Counted from the stretch's first letter, positions 24,234 through 33,452 are shown. The stretch is 64,000 bases of DNA from a virus (IMGVR_UViG_3300043418_000120:109881-173880); one strand, 5' to 3'. Notes: generated by a model from the sequence alone, not told the origin. Made by a program: numbers and translations.

Positions 24234-24716
24234 ATGAAAAGAGAAATCGATATCCAAGAAGTTAAAGCGTTCTTAGAAGACTGCGGTCCCGACACTAAAG
24301 TGTACATCGGCTGCGACTCAGAGCGTTATAAAGTTGGCAACCAATGGTTCGCTGATTACATTCTTGCGGTGGTAGTTCATATCAATGGTAAGAACGGCTG
24401 TAAGATTTTCGGTGCGATCCAAAAGGAAATGGACTACGACAAGAAGTTCAACCGCCCACGTATGCGTCTGATGACAGAAGTGTACAAGATCTCCGACTTG
24501 TACTTGCAACTGGCACAAGAAATCCCTAACGAAATCGAAGTTCACTTGGACATTAACCCAAGCGAAATGCACGGCTCATCATGCGTGGTGAACGAAGCGA
24601 TCGGTTACGTTCGTGGTATGTGTAACGTGATTCCTTTGGTCAAGCCACGCGCGTTCGCAGCTTCATATGCTGCTGACCGTATGAAGGACGTCATGGGTAT
24701 GCAGAAAGCTGCCTGA
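24234..24716 (+). CDS. RNase H-like YkuK (DUF458) family protein
   Basis: YIGCDS, RL..EV, EVHLDIN, KP.AFAAS.AAD motifs. Confidence 0.82.
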   Translation: MKREIDIQEVKAFLEDCGPDTKVYIGCDSERYKVGNQWFADYILAVVVHINGKNGCKIFGAIQKEMDYDKKFNRPRMRLMTEVYKISDLYLQLAQEIPNEIEVHLDINPSEMHGSSCVVNEAIGYVRGMCNVIPLVKPRAFAASYAADRMKDVMGMQKAA

Positions 24717-24898
24717 TGGATCCTAGAAAGATACTTCGCATACAAAAGAAAGCGAAACGTCTAAAGCGCAAGCCGTATCCTTTAACCTATGCTGAAATCA
24801 AATGGTTACTGGATACGGCAATTCTTTTGGTTGACGATCTTAATGTACAACTTGAAGAAGTAACAAGAAAGTGTGAGGAAGAACACCCATGGATGTAG
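24716..24898 (+). CDS. small hypothetical protein
   Basis: TGATG coupling; 60 aa. Confidence 0.5.
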   Translation: MDPRKILRIQKKAKRLKRKPYPLTYAEIKWLLDTAILLVDDLNVQLEEVTRKCEEEHPWM

Positions 24899-26376
24899 TA
24901 ATCCTCAACGATTGTGCAAACCCAGTCGACAAACGGCGAGTCAGCCGTTACATTGGACCGTATAAGATCGCTCACCATTTAAGGCAAGCGGGTTATACGG
25001 TCCAAGTCATTGACTTTGTTGCGTTCATGACAGAAGACGAGGTGCTTAAATACCTTCGCAAGTTTGTTAGCGAAGAAACCTTGATGGTTGCTGTCAGCAC
25101 AACATTCCTTGCACAGCGTATTCATAAACAGTCTGATGGGTTCTGGCGAAGAATGCCAGAGACTATCGTTCGATCTCTTAAGACTATTCGCGCAGAAGTT
25201 TCAAAACCAAAATTCGTTCTGGGTGGTTATTTGGCAGAACATATCGAGGGATTCGGTACGATAGATTATCGTATTACCAGTAATGCAGAAGCTACTGTTG
25301 TTGAACTTGTTGATTATTTGGCGGGTGTTAATGATCAACTACCAACCTATGTGTTGCAAGTTCCGATGTTTGATCCACGAAAGAAATTCGCCAAAGTAAT
25401 CACAGCACCTAAACGCCTTCAGTACAACATTGAGACTGAGAATTTTAAATTCAACATACAAGATTGCATTGTTCCTGGGGAAACCTTGCCTCTTGAGGTG
25501 TCGCGAGGGTGTATTTTTAAGTGCAAATTCTGTCAACATGAGAATATTGGTCGTGGTAAGTTGGACTACTTACGTAGTATGGACTGTATTAAAGAAGAGT
25601 TGATTCACAATTACAACACTTGGGGCACTACACGATACTATATCCTTTGTGATACGTTTAATGACACTGAGTATAAGGTACGTCTATGGTATGATATGAC
25701 CAAGACCTTACCTTTCCAGATTCGTTGGAATTCATATATCCGTGTTGATTTGATTCATCGTTATCCAGAGACAGCTATTCTTTTACAGGACAGCGGTATG
25801 GTTGGCGCTTACCATGGTATTGAATCATTACACTCAAAGGCTTCTTCTATTGTTGGAAAGGCTTGGTCTGGTAAACATGCTAAAGAGTATATCCCAAAAT
25901 TATATCATGATATTTGGGGCGGTAAAGTTCAGCAACATTTGAATTTTATTTGTGGGTTACATCCAGAACCGAGAGAGAGTGTTATGGAAACTGCTGACTG
26001 GTTTATCCAGAACGATTTACACAGCATATTCTTTGAGACTCTTGGTTTAATGGAAAATGGTTACCGCCATCAAAGCGAATTCGAGAGAGACGCCACTAAG
26101 TATGGATACAGTTTCTATACGCATGCGAATGGTGAAAGGCACTGGAAGACCGATTACTGGAATTTTGAAGAGGCAGCCGCGCACGCACTCCTTGCAAATT
26201 CACGTGTCAAACCATACACGAAGTTCTCTGGGTGGAGGACGCTGGCATGTGAGTCTGTAGGTATGTCCATGGAGGACGCTGGAGCCCTTGCCAAGGACTT
26301 CAAATTCAACCTTGAGAAGGAGCTGAACGTTCTTTTTGTTCGGAAATACATGAAACTTTTAGACGAAATCGTATAA
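24889..26376 (+). CDS. B12-binding-type radical SAM protein
   Basis: E.SRGCIFKCKFC (CxxxCxxC), DTFND, GIES; N-terminal Rossmann-like region. Confidence 0.85.
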   Translation: MDVVILNDCANPVDKRRVSRYIGPYKIAHHLRQAGYTVQVIDFVAFMTEDEVLKYLRKFVSEETLMVAVSTTFLAQRIHKQSDGFWRRMPETIVRSLKTIRAEVSKPKFVLGGYLAEHIEGFGTIDYRITSNAEATVVELVDYLAGVNDQLPTYVLQVPMFDPRKKFAKVITAPKRLQYNIETENFKFNIQDCIVPGETLPLEVSRGCIFKCKFCQHENIGRGKLDYLRSMDCIKEELIHNYNTWGTTRYYILCDTFNDTEYKVRLWYDMTKTLPFQIRWNSYIRVDLIHRYPETAILLQDSGMVGAYHGIESLHSKASSIVGKAWSGKHAKEYIPKLYHDIWGGKVQQHLNFICGLHPEPRESVMETADWFIQNDLHSIFFETLGLMENGYRHQSEFERDATKYGYSFYTHANGERHWKTDYWNFEEAAAHALLANSRVKPYTKFSGWRTLACESVGMSMEDAGALAKDFKFNLEKELNVLFVRKYMKLLDEIV

Positions 26377-26412
26377 ATAGTGCTTGACTTTATTGTTGAA
26401 TTAAGGTATAAT
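26372..26412 (+). promoter_or_regulatory. late promoter plus sigma70 promoter for ncRNA 7
   Basis: TATAAATA 26372-26379; TTGACT-17-TATAAT 26384-26412. Confidence 0.8.
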
Positions 26413-26426
26413 TGATACTTGGAAAT

Positions 26427-26694
26427 GGGATGATTACAGCAGCTAACAACTACTGATCTAAGAGTAGCCCCTATACGGAGGAAACGTCGTAAGGCGTCAA
26501 TTTTGGGGATAGGTAAGATACGACTTTTGCATGCTCTTATGCCTCGCAACACCTAGTAGGAGTTGGAAAGTTAGTGCCCGAATGCACACTGAGAGTCCAT
26601 ACTTTGATTGGAATATGCCAGCGAACTGGATGAGTTTGAGTGGTTCAATTGCACTCTGGTTAGATAAACCGAAAATTACAGAACAAACATCCCG
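26427..26694 (+). ncRNA. CWGCA-scaffold ncRNA 7 (long, divergent)
   Basis: GGGATGATTACAGCAG...AACATCCCG; several internal hairpins; own promoter. Confidence 0.55.
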
Positions 26695-26713
26695 ATATTT
26701 TTTGTGAAAGTGC

Positions 26714-26742
26714 TTGACTTTATTCATGAAGTCAGGTATAAT
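26714..26742 (+). promoter_or_regulatory. sigma70-type promoter for ncRNA 8 and the Ro60-like gene
   Basis: TTGACT-17-TATAAT. Confidence 0.8.
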
Positions 26743-26761
26743 TGATAATGTTGAATGAATC

Positions 26762-26928
26762 TAGGATAGGTTCAGCAAACCAAAACCTCACTGGGCTTCA
26801 TGCCTAGTATCGTATGTGGGGATTGGCCAGTTACACGAAAGTCGTAACAGCTCGCTTTAAATAGCAACGATCCTTACAGCTGAGTTTCGTGTTCTCAGTT
26901 GAAACAAAAAGAAGGAAACTATCCTGTT
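26762..26928 (+). ncRNA. CWGCAA-scaffold ncRNA 8, in the leader of the Ro60-like gene
   Basis: TAGGATAGGTTCAGCAA...AACTATCCTGTT, termini nearly identical to ncRNA 1. Confidence 0.7.
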
Positions 26929-26973
26929 GTTTTTAGGCTCAAATCGGAGCCTGTATTTTATGGAGTAATTTGA

Positions 26974-28413
26974 ATGTCTACATTTGTAAACGCAATCGCT
27001 AATCAAGAAGCACGTACTGAGAACGGTATGCTTGCTCGTAAGTCCACAGCTTCGGCTTGTGTTGACCTGTTTTTCAAGGCAGGCGCATCTCGTGGCAAGA
27101 ACATCACTCGCGAATTCACAGCAGCTCTAGTAGAGAACGAAGACGTAGCAATGCGCTTGGCTCTATGGCTTCGTGACGCACGTGGTGGCGCTGGTGAACG
27201 TGAGTTGTTCCGTCAAATCATGGCGCACTTGGAATCTTATCGCCCAGAGTTGGCAGCAAAGCTGTTGGCCAAGGTTCCAGAAGTGGGTCGTTGGGATGAC
27301 TTGTTTGTCTTTAAGACAGAGCCTTTGAAGTCACAAGCCTACACAATGTTGGGCGACGCTCTTCGTGAGAAGAACGGTTTGGCTGCAAAGTGGACACCAC
27401 GTAAGGGTGAGGTCGCTCGCGAAATCCGCGAGTTCTTCGGCATGTCTCCAAAGTTCTACCGTAAGTCCTTGGTCGAAATGACAAAGGTTGTTGAACAAGA
27501 AATGTGCGCAAAGAACTGGGACGAAATCAACTTCTCCCATGTTCCATCCGTGGCGGCTGCTCGTTACAAGAAGGCATTCTTCCGTAACACTCCAGAGTAC
27601 GCGAAGTACGTCGCAGAATTGGTGAAGGATCCAAAGGATCGCGCTATGAATGTGAAGGTAAACGCTGGCGCTGTGTTCCCATACGATGTGTTGAAGGGCT
27701 TGATCGGTTCTTACTCTCGTTTGAACTACAACGCTACTCAAGTAAACCTTGTGCAAGCACAATGGGATGCTATGGAAAACTTCGTTGGTGACGCAAACGT
27801 GTTGCCACTGGTTGACGTATCTGGTTCGATGATGTGTAAGGCAGGTGGTGATGGCTCCCAATCAGCAATATCTTGCCTAGACGTAGCGGTTTCGCTGGGT
27901 CTATACTTGGCCGACAAGAACAAGGGTAAGTTCAAGGATACGTTCCTAACTTTCTCTGGTAACCCAGAGCTCTTGAACTTGAAGGGTAACATCGTTGACA
28001 AGGTCAAGCAAATGTCTTCTTCTAACTGGGGAATGAACACTGACTTGGTGAAGGCAATGGACAAGATCCTGAGTACAGCTAAGAATGGTGGTGTTCCTCA
28101 AGAAGAAATGCCAGAAATGTTGCTGATCCTTTCGGACATGCAATTCGATCAATGTGCTCGTTTCGACGACTCTGCGATGAAGATGATGGCGCGTAAGTTT
28201 GAAGACGCAGGATACGAACTGCCAAAGATCGTGTTCTGGAATCTTAACGCAAAGGACAACGTTCCTGTTAAGTACGACACACGTGGTGTGGCTTTGGTAT
28301 CTGGGTTCAGCCCAGCTATCATGGTGGCGGTTCTAGGTGGCGACACTGATAACTTTACACCAGAAGCAATCATGCTGAAGGCATTGATGAACCCACGTTA
28401 CGATCTAGTGTAA
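26974..28413 (+). CDS. DUF2828-type Ro60/TROVE-like protein (helical domain plus vWA)
   Basis: TENG, DLFF, RD.RGG.GER..FR, GRWDD, AAKW.PR, VPS.A motifs; MIDAS DVSGS..T..SD; IVFWNL, VSGFS. Confidence 0.82.
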   Translation: MSTFVNAIANQEARTENGMLARKSTASACVDLFFKAGASRGKNITREFTAALVENEDVAMRLALWLRDARGGAGERELFRQIMAHLESYRPELAAKLLAKVPEVGRWDDLFVFKTEPLKSQAYTMLGDALREKNGLAAKWTPRKGEVAREIREFFGMSPKFYRKSLVEMTKVVEQEMCAKNWDEINFSHVPSVAAARYKKAFFRNTPEYAKYVAELVKDPKDRAMNVKVNAGAVFPYDVLKGLIGSYSRLNYNATQVNLVQAQWDAMENFVGDANVLPLVDVSGSMMCKAGGDGSQSAISCLDVAVSLGLYLADKNKGKFKDTFLTFSGNPELLNLKGNIVDKVKQMSSSNWGMNTDLVKAMDKILSTAKNGGVPQEEMPEMLLILSDMQFDQCARFDDSAMKMMARKFEDAGYELPKIVFWNLNAKDNVPVKYDTRGVALVSGFSPAIMVAVLGGDTDNFTPEAIMLKALMNPRYDLV

Positions 28414-28462
28414 ACTAGTCGCTTAGGGCGGTCGCTTTGACTGGTGTGCGTAACACCAGTCA

Positions 28463-28873
28463 CTATAATTCAGTATACTTTTAGTCAAATATCAGGCATA
28501 GCCAGCCGTGGCAAGACCTAGTGAGTTAAGGGAGTCATGACCCATACAAGAGTGAGGTAATGGTTACAGGAGGTGACGTCTTCTGGGAGTATATTGAATT
28601 ATGGTTTGTTACATCTGAAAAGAAAACAGTCCCCTCGAAAAGGACTGTATCAGTAAGACAAGATAAGCAGCGATACTAGGTGATAAGGGTAAGGGTTCGG
28701 GTCTCAACGTCCACCACTTGGTCTATTGAGTAAGGCGCACGAAAGATAGGCTGGCTTAACATATCATATAGCAACACATTGAGCTCGGGAGTCGTACTCC
28801 GAGTCGTTTCAGATAAAAATAGTTTGAACACAAAAGCAAGTTCAAAATAATTGGCAGTGTGTTCCTATATGAT
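28463..28873 (+). ncRNA. structured non-coding region with two long closing stems
   Basis: stems close 28463-28604 and 28763-28873; no long ORF. Confidence 0.45.
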
Positions 28874-28907
28874 TTACCTATATACTATTCTTTAACATAA
28901 GCATACA

Positions 28908-29705
28908 ATGATTAAGCAACAGTACGAAGAGCAAGGCTTTTACGGTCCAGTTAAATTTCTGAACCAAATGCAAACTCTGAAATACACGGAACAGATGATG
29001 ACATGCATCAAGGAACATAACTTGATGAATTCTGATTACCGTTGTAAATCCAATGTCCTTTTCCCATGGATTAACGAGCTGACTAAGAACCCGATCATCC
29101 TTGAGCATGTTCGTGAAGTTCTCGGCGACGACTTCTCCTGTTGGGATACCCTTATTTGGAACAAAGAAAAAGAGTCCAAAGAATATGTCTCATGGCACCA
29201 AGACGCAACGTATTGGAATTTCCTTCCAAAGGAAAGAGGCTTGACTGTTTGGGTAACACTATCTGGCGCAACAAAAGAGATGGGATGTATTCAGTACATT
29301 CCTGGATCTCACTTGAAAGGCCAACACAATCATTCCGATGTCAAAGCTGAAGGCAACCTACTAATGCGTGGCCAAACAATTGACAATCGCCCCAAAGAAA
29401 CTATCTACGCCGAATGCGCTCCAGGCACATTCCTGATGCACAACCCATTCATGATTCATGGCTCTGACAATAACACTACAGACACACCTAGACTTGCTCT
29501 TGGTTTAATCTACGTAGCAACTGATGCGAAGCCTTATGTTAAGTTTGCCCCAGAATCTACCATCATGGTATCTGGAACTGACAAATACAACTACATGCTT
29601 CATGACCCTGAACCAATTGGTAACTTTGAATATGACCGCAACGCTTGGCAACGTGCCTACGATCGACAGCATGACAACTACTACAAAGTACCCCAAGTGG
29701 TATGA
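28908..29705 (+). CDS. PhyH-like 2OG-Fe(II) dioxygenase
   Basis: WHQD, W..L, GC..YIPGSH, HGS..N...R motifs. Confidence 0.88.
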   Translation: MIKQQYEEQGFYGPVKFLNQMQTLKYTEQMMTCIKEHNLMNSDYRCKSNVLFPWINELTKNPIILEHVREVLGDDFSCWDTLIWNKEKESKEYVSWHQDATYWNFLPKERGLTVWVTLSGATKEMGCIQYIPGSHLKGQHNHSDVKAEGNLLMRGQTIDNRPKETIYAECAPGTFLMHNPFMIHGSDNNTTDTPRLALGLIYVATDAKPYVKFAPESTIMVSGTDKYNYMLHDPEPIGNFEYDRNAWQRAYDRQHDNYYKVPQVV

Positions 29706-30195
29706 TGCTGACATCAGCCCAACTGATGTATTGAAGAGTATCCATATACCACACATTTGTTTTCTATCAGCAAATGCTTATGGTCTCAAGGGTAAGTTGC
29801 CTGGAGGTAAGCATACGTGGATGTCTGTATTCAACGGTGGCTTCTGGACAACCTATGAGGTAACAGATATGGAAACTCTTAATGTACAGGGTGGATATCC
29901 ATGGCATGGTAAGGTAGACAAACAATCTAGACAGATAATTGTCTCTGATCGCGACCCATCCCAGAAGTGGTTTGGTTCTGAGCCACGACTTGACTACATC
30001 GGTAAGTATGCATCCCAAAGTGTACTGACAAAAGCGATGAACGAATATCCAAAGAATGGCAACTTCAATCTATTGACAAATAACTGTAGCACATTCGTGA
30101 GCTACATGGCATGGAAACTTGGTGAAGATTATCGTGCGCCATACGTTGGGTTTAAGAACAAGAAGTATTGGGAAAAACTTCTTGACAATCAGTAA
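29671..30195 (+). CDS. permuted papain-like (PPPDE/LRAT-type) protein
   Basis: HTW followed by NLLTNNCSTFV; start codon uncertain. Confidence 0.55.
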   Translation: MTTTTKYPKWYDADISPTDVLKSIHIPHICFLSANAYGLKGKLPGGKHTWMSVFNGGFWTTYEVTDMETLNVQGGYPWHGKVDKQSRQIIVSDRDPSQKWFGSEPRLDYIGKYASQSVLTKAMNEYPKNGNFNLLTNNCSTFVSYMAWKLGEDYRAPYVGFKNKKYWEKLLDNQ

Positions 30196-30210
30196 GTAAT
30201 CAGGTATAAT
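30182..30210 (+). promoter_or_regulatory. sigma70-type promoter
   Basis: TTGACA-17-TATAAT. Confidence 0.85.
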
Positions 30211-30234
30211 ATACCTACCTTGAAGGAAAACATT

Positions 30235-30384
30235 ATGGAAATTACAATCACTAAAGTAGTAAACGGTTATATCGTTAAGTATGAACAAGAATCTGAAGAC
30301 GGATTTCATGACGAGACTCATGTGTTCCCGAAATATTTTCAAGTCGTTAAGTTCTTGAAAGAGCACTTGGATACACCCGCATGA
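30235..30384 (+). CDS. small hypothetical protein (49 aa)
   Basis: SD AAGGA; MEITITKVVNGYIV... Confidence 0.65.
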   Translation: MEITITKVVNGYIVKYEQESEDGFHDETHVFPKYFQVVKFLKEHLDTPA

Positions 30385-30656
30385 ACCTTGAGCAAGCCAA
30401 ACGAGAATTCGCAAACTTTGTGAATCTTACCGATCCCTCCGCGAACATCTCTGATATTCACCACGCCTTTATCCTTGAAAAGATGAAGATGGATCTTTTC
30501 TTCTCCAAATTTCTCGACGAGACTGAAGAAGAAATGAACCAATCTGAAAATTATGACAGCCCAGCGTGGAAAACTTACCGAACGAAATTAAAAGAATATG
30601 ATGATGTCTCCCGATTTATCACTCACTCAAAATACTATCTTACTAAACATGTTTGA
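30381..30656 (+). CDS. hypothetical protein
   Basis: ATGA overlap; 91 aa. Confidence 0.7.
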   Translation: MNLEQAKREFANFVNLTDPSANISDIHHAFILEKMKMDLFFSKFLDETEEEMNQSENYDSPAWKTYRTKLKEYDDVSRFITHSKYYLTKHV

Positions 30657-30870
30657 TACTCCAAAACAATTCTCACTACATATTGAGAAGATGGTTAAGG
30701 ATAGACGTATTTCTCATATGGACGCTGTCCTAGAATATTGTAAAGAGAACTATCTAGAACCTGAAGACGTTAAGAAGCTGATCAACAAATCGCTCAAAGA
30801 TAAGATTAAAGTAAATGCTACAGACCTCAACTATTTCCCAAAGCCAGCCTCCCTCGATATCGATGTCTAA
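30649..30870 (+). CDS. late promoter transcription coactivator (gp33)
   Basis: FS..IE, S.MDAV..YC, LINKSLK.KI..A..LN motifs; position before gp59 and gp32. Confidence 0.85.
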   Translation: MFDTPKQFSLHIEKMVKDRRISHMDAVLEYCKENYLEPEDVKKLINKSLKDKIKVNATDLNYFPKPASLDIDV

Positions 30871-31477
30871 CCTGAAAGCGATTAATGCTTACCGTATGTA
30901 TCTTGCTGTCAAGATGCATTTTATGACGGATAAGTATGACATCACTGTTCAGAAAGACCATATCCGCGTTTCGCAAAAGAAGTTCGCCGAGCGCAATCAG
31001 TTTGGATTATACGAGAAGCTGGCTGACAAATTTGACACCAAACAAGAATTGGCTCAGTATCTAGTATCAAACTTTGCGTATGGCGCATGGGGAAACACTG
31101 ATATTGTCTACGGATCGGCTGAGAATGATCAGCTACACTTAGAGTGGGTTCGTAGAAAGCAATCAATCACCCAAATCTTTAAGACCGACTTGAGTCACAT
31201 TCGTCTACACTATGAGACCAACGGCTTGAATTTCAAAGATGATGTTGGTGTGAAGTTCCCCAATATCGCTGCCCTGTTCCACATGTTCTTGGGTGGTCAC
31301 ATTACCCTTGAGACTGTTGTTATCCTTGACAGTTTCCATCCATTCTTGGATTCTTGGAAACAAAGTATGGGTTCATTGTTCGCTGATGAGATTCGTAGAA
31401 TCGTTAAGGCGAAACCCTTTATCAAGTTCGATAAAGCAAAGATGGAAAAAGCATTCATGGAGTTTAGTGAAGAGTAA
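30863..31477 (+). CDS. helicase loader (gp59)
   Basis: Y.MYLA.K.HF...YD, Y.VSNF, ITLET.VILD motifs. Confidence 0.85.
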   Translation: MSNLKAINAYRMYLAVKMHFMTDKYDITVQKDHIRVSQKKFAERNQFGLYEKLADKFDTKQELAQYLVSNFAYGAWGNTDIVYGSAENDQLHLEWVRRKQSITQIFKTDLSHIRLHYETNGLNFKDDVGVKFPNIAALFHMFLGGHITLETVVILDSFHPFLDSWKQSMGSLFADEIRRIVKAKPFIKFDKAKMEKAFMEFSEE

Positions 31478-31480
31478 GAT

Positions 31481-31663
31481 ATGGGACGCACCTACCACAA
31501 AGAGAAGTCTTTCGATGAGCGCAAAAGCAACAAGGGTAAACGCTCAGTTGCTGCTGAACAAGAAAGAAAGTTTAACAAGAACCATCGTTTCATCGACGAC
31601 GTAACCTACGAAGATGATGACGATATTGAGGAAGAAGATGAGTTTCAATCTGATCAACCGTAG
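31481..31663 (+). CDS. small protein, basic N-terminus and acidic C-terminus
   Basis: MGRTY... 60 aa. Confidence 0.6.
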   Translation: MGRTYHKEKSFDERKSNKGKRSVAAEQERKFNKNHRFIDDVTYEDDDDIEEEDEFQSDQP

Positions 31664-32444
31664 TAAGCATTTTGATGCTATCTCAATTAACAAGAAGCTA
31701 GAAGTAGAAACTGTATTCGACAAGGACAGTGGTCTTCGTTACTTCATCATTCGCGATATCTTTGACAACCCTGACCAATTGGTTGAGTTATTGTCACAGC
31801 ATCCAGCATATGGTGGTGACGTAGAAGTTACTACACCTGGACACCGTCAACTGTTGAGCTCGCTAGAGTTGCCTACTCTGACCAAACTGTATTCGCAGTT
31901 GTTCAAAGAGTTTACTACAGTTGAAACGAAGTTCTCCAGCTGGTATTACTCTGGTAACATTTACCAAGACGGTATGATGTCAAGCAACGCCAATCATATG
32001 CCTCGCTTTGAGCCATACCCATTCTCTACACAGCTCTGCCTGACACGCGACACTAACATGGGACTGACCTTCTTTAAGGCAAAGCTCGATGGTGTCCTCC
32101 ATGCTCGTTACAACGAAGCTGTGAAGGATTGCGATGAGGCAGTCTTCAAGCGTTTGTTCCCAGTTTACTCTGGACGAACCGAAGAAGAAGTTGCTAAGTG
32201 GAAGAACTTCGAAGGTAATGATGACTGGACGCCTTACGTAAAGGAAGACTTCAAGTTTAATACCGCTGTAATTTATGATCCACTGTATTTCCATCAGATT
32301 CATTTTGCTGGAAACAAGATCGAGAGTCCTCAGTACTCTTTGGTTGGAATGTTAGATGGTCCAATTGTTCAAGATCCCTTCTGGTATAAAGAACAAGAGC
32401 CTGAAAATATTTCCCAAAAAACTGATGTATCAGACTTCATCTGA
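31638..32444 (+). CDS. DUF6445-like (2OG-oxygenase fold) protein
   Basis: I.DIF.NPD, PG.R, FN.AVIY....FH motifs. Confidence 0.55.
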   Translation: MSFNLINRSKHFDAISINKKLEVETVFDKDSGLRYFIIRDIFDNPDQLVELLSQHPAYGGDVEVTTPGHRQLLSSLELPTLTKLYSQLFKEFTTVETKFSSWYYSGNIYQDGMMSSNANHMPRFEPYPFSTQLCLTRDTNMGLTFFKAKLDGVLHARYNEAVKDCDEAVFKRLFPVYSGRTEEEVAKWKNFEGNDDWTPYVKEDFKFNTAVIYDPLYFHQIHFAGNKIESPQYSLVGMLDGPIVQDPFWYKEQEPENISQKTDVSDFI

Positions 32445-32519
32445 TATAAATAAATGTATATCATGATCATCGTGACATACGACATTTTTAATACACTTTA
32501 ATACGACAAAGGAAATCAT
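32445..32519 (+). promoter_or_regulatory. late promoter and gene 32 leader (putative autogenous translational operator)
   Basis: TATAAATA 32445-32452; short structured segment then TTTAATAC repeats before SD. Confidence 0.55.
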
Positions 32520-33452
32520 ATGGATATCAACACACTACGCAAATCTCGCAACCAAGACTTCTCAAAGATCCTTGGCGAGTTCGACAAAATTGCTAAGCCC
32601 ACTGAAGGTGGCGGCAAATCTTACGAAGACAATCGTTTCTGGAAACTTTCTCCAGACAAAGCAGGTAATGCGACAGCAACGATTCGTTTCCTCCCACGAG
32701 TAGAAGGCGATGAGTTCCCATGGGCTCGCGTATTCAACCACAGTTTCCAAGGTCCAACAGGTAAATGGTACATCGAGAACAGTCTGACGACTCTCGGTGA
32801 GAACGACCCTGTCGGCGAATTGAATTCACGTTTGTGGAATTCAGGTTCAGAAGCCAACAAGGAAATTGCTCGTAAGCAAAAGCGTAAGCTGTCTTACATT
32901 GCGAACATCTATATCGTTAACGATCCTACCAAGCCAGAGAACAACGGCACTGTGAAGTTGTTCAAGTTCGGTAAGAAGATCTTTGACAAGATTATGGATA
33001 AGGCTAACCCAACGTTCGAGGATGAGAAGCCAGTTCTCGTGTTCGACTTGTGGGAAGGTGCTGACTTCAAACTTCGTATGCGCAAGGTTGATGGTTACTC
33101 AAACTATGACCAATCGCAGTTCAACGATCAAACTGAGATCGCTCCAACTGATGAAGAAAAATTGGAAATTGTGTCAAAGCAATTCCCATTGTCTGAATTC
33201 TTGGACCGTAAGAACTTCAAGTCTTACGATGAATTGAAGAAGAAGTTGGAATTGGTATTGAGCGGCGAATCTGCTCCTACTAAGTCTGCCGCTCAAATGG
33301 CAGAAGAGGAAGACCGTCCTGCGGCTCCAGCTCCACGAGTTGGCGCTTCTCGTGACGCCTTCACTCCTACTCGTAGCACACCAGCTCCAGTAGCTGCGTC
33401 TGCTGATGAAGATGACGATTTGTCATATTTCCAAAAGCTGGCTAGCGAGTAA
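32520..33452 (+). CDS. single-stranded DNA-binding protein (gp32)
   Basis: IRFLP, H.FQGP.GKWYIENSLTTLG, FGKKIFDKI, NYD.S.F motifs; acidic tail. Confidence 0.95.
   Translation: MDINTLRKSRNQDFSKILGEFDKIAKPTEGGGKSYEDNRFWKLSPDKAGNATATIRFLPRVEGDEFPWARVFNHSFQGPTGKWYIENSLTTLGENDPVGELNSRLWNSGSEANKEIARKQKRKLSYIANIYIVNDPTKPENNGTVKLFKFGKKIFDKIMDKANPTFEDEKPVLVFDLWEGADFKLRMRKVDGYSNYDQSQFNDQTEIAPTDEEKLEIVSKQFPLSEFLDRKNFKSYDELKKKLELVLSGESAPTKSAAQMAEEEDRPAAPAPRVGASRDAFTPTRSTPAPVAASADEDDDLSYFQKLASE

Noticed and set aside
26790-26810. CT-TCA-TG hairpin as a Sec or opal-suppressor tRNA
   Set aside because: No T-arm, acceptor stem or CCA; the stem can extend to leave a 5-nt loop; TGA is used as a normal stop in this genome
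18374-26928. TAGG...CWGCAA...CCTGTT repeats as a CRISPR array
   Set aside because: Dispersed, variable in length, covarying rather than identical, no regular spacers and no cas operon
26427-26928. ncRNA 7 and 8 as group I introns because of CAGCA
   Set aside because: They do not interrupt a gene, and I could not identify the P7 core
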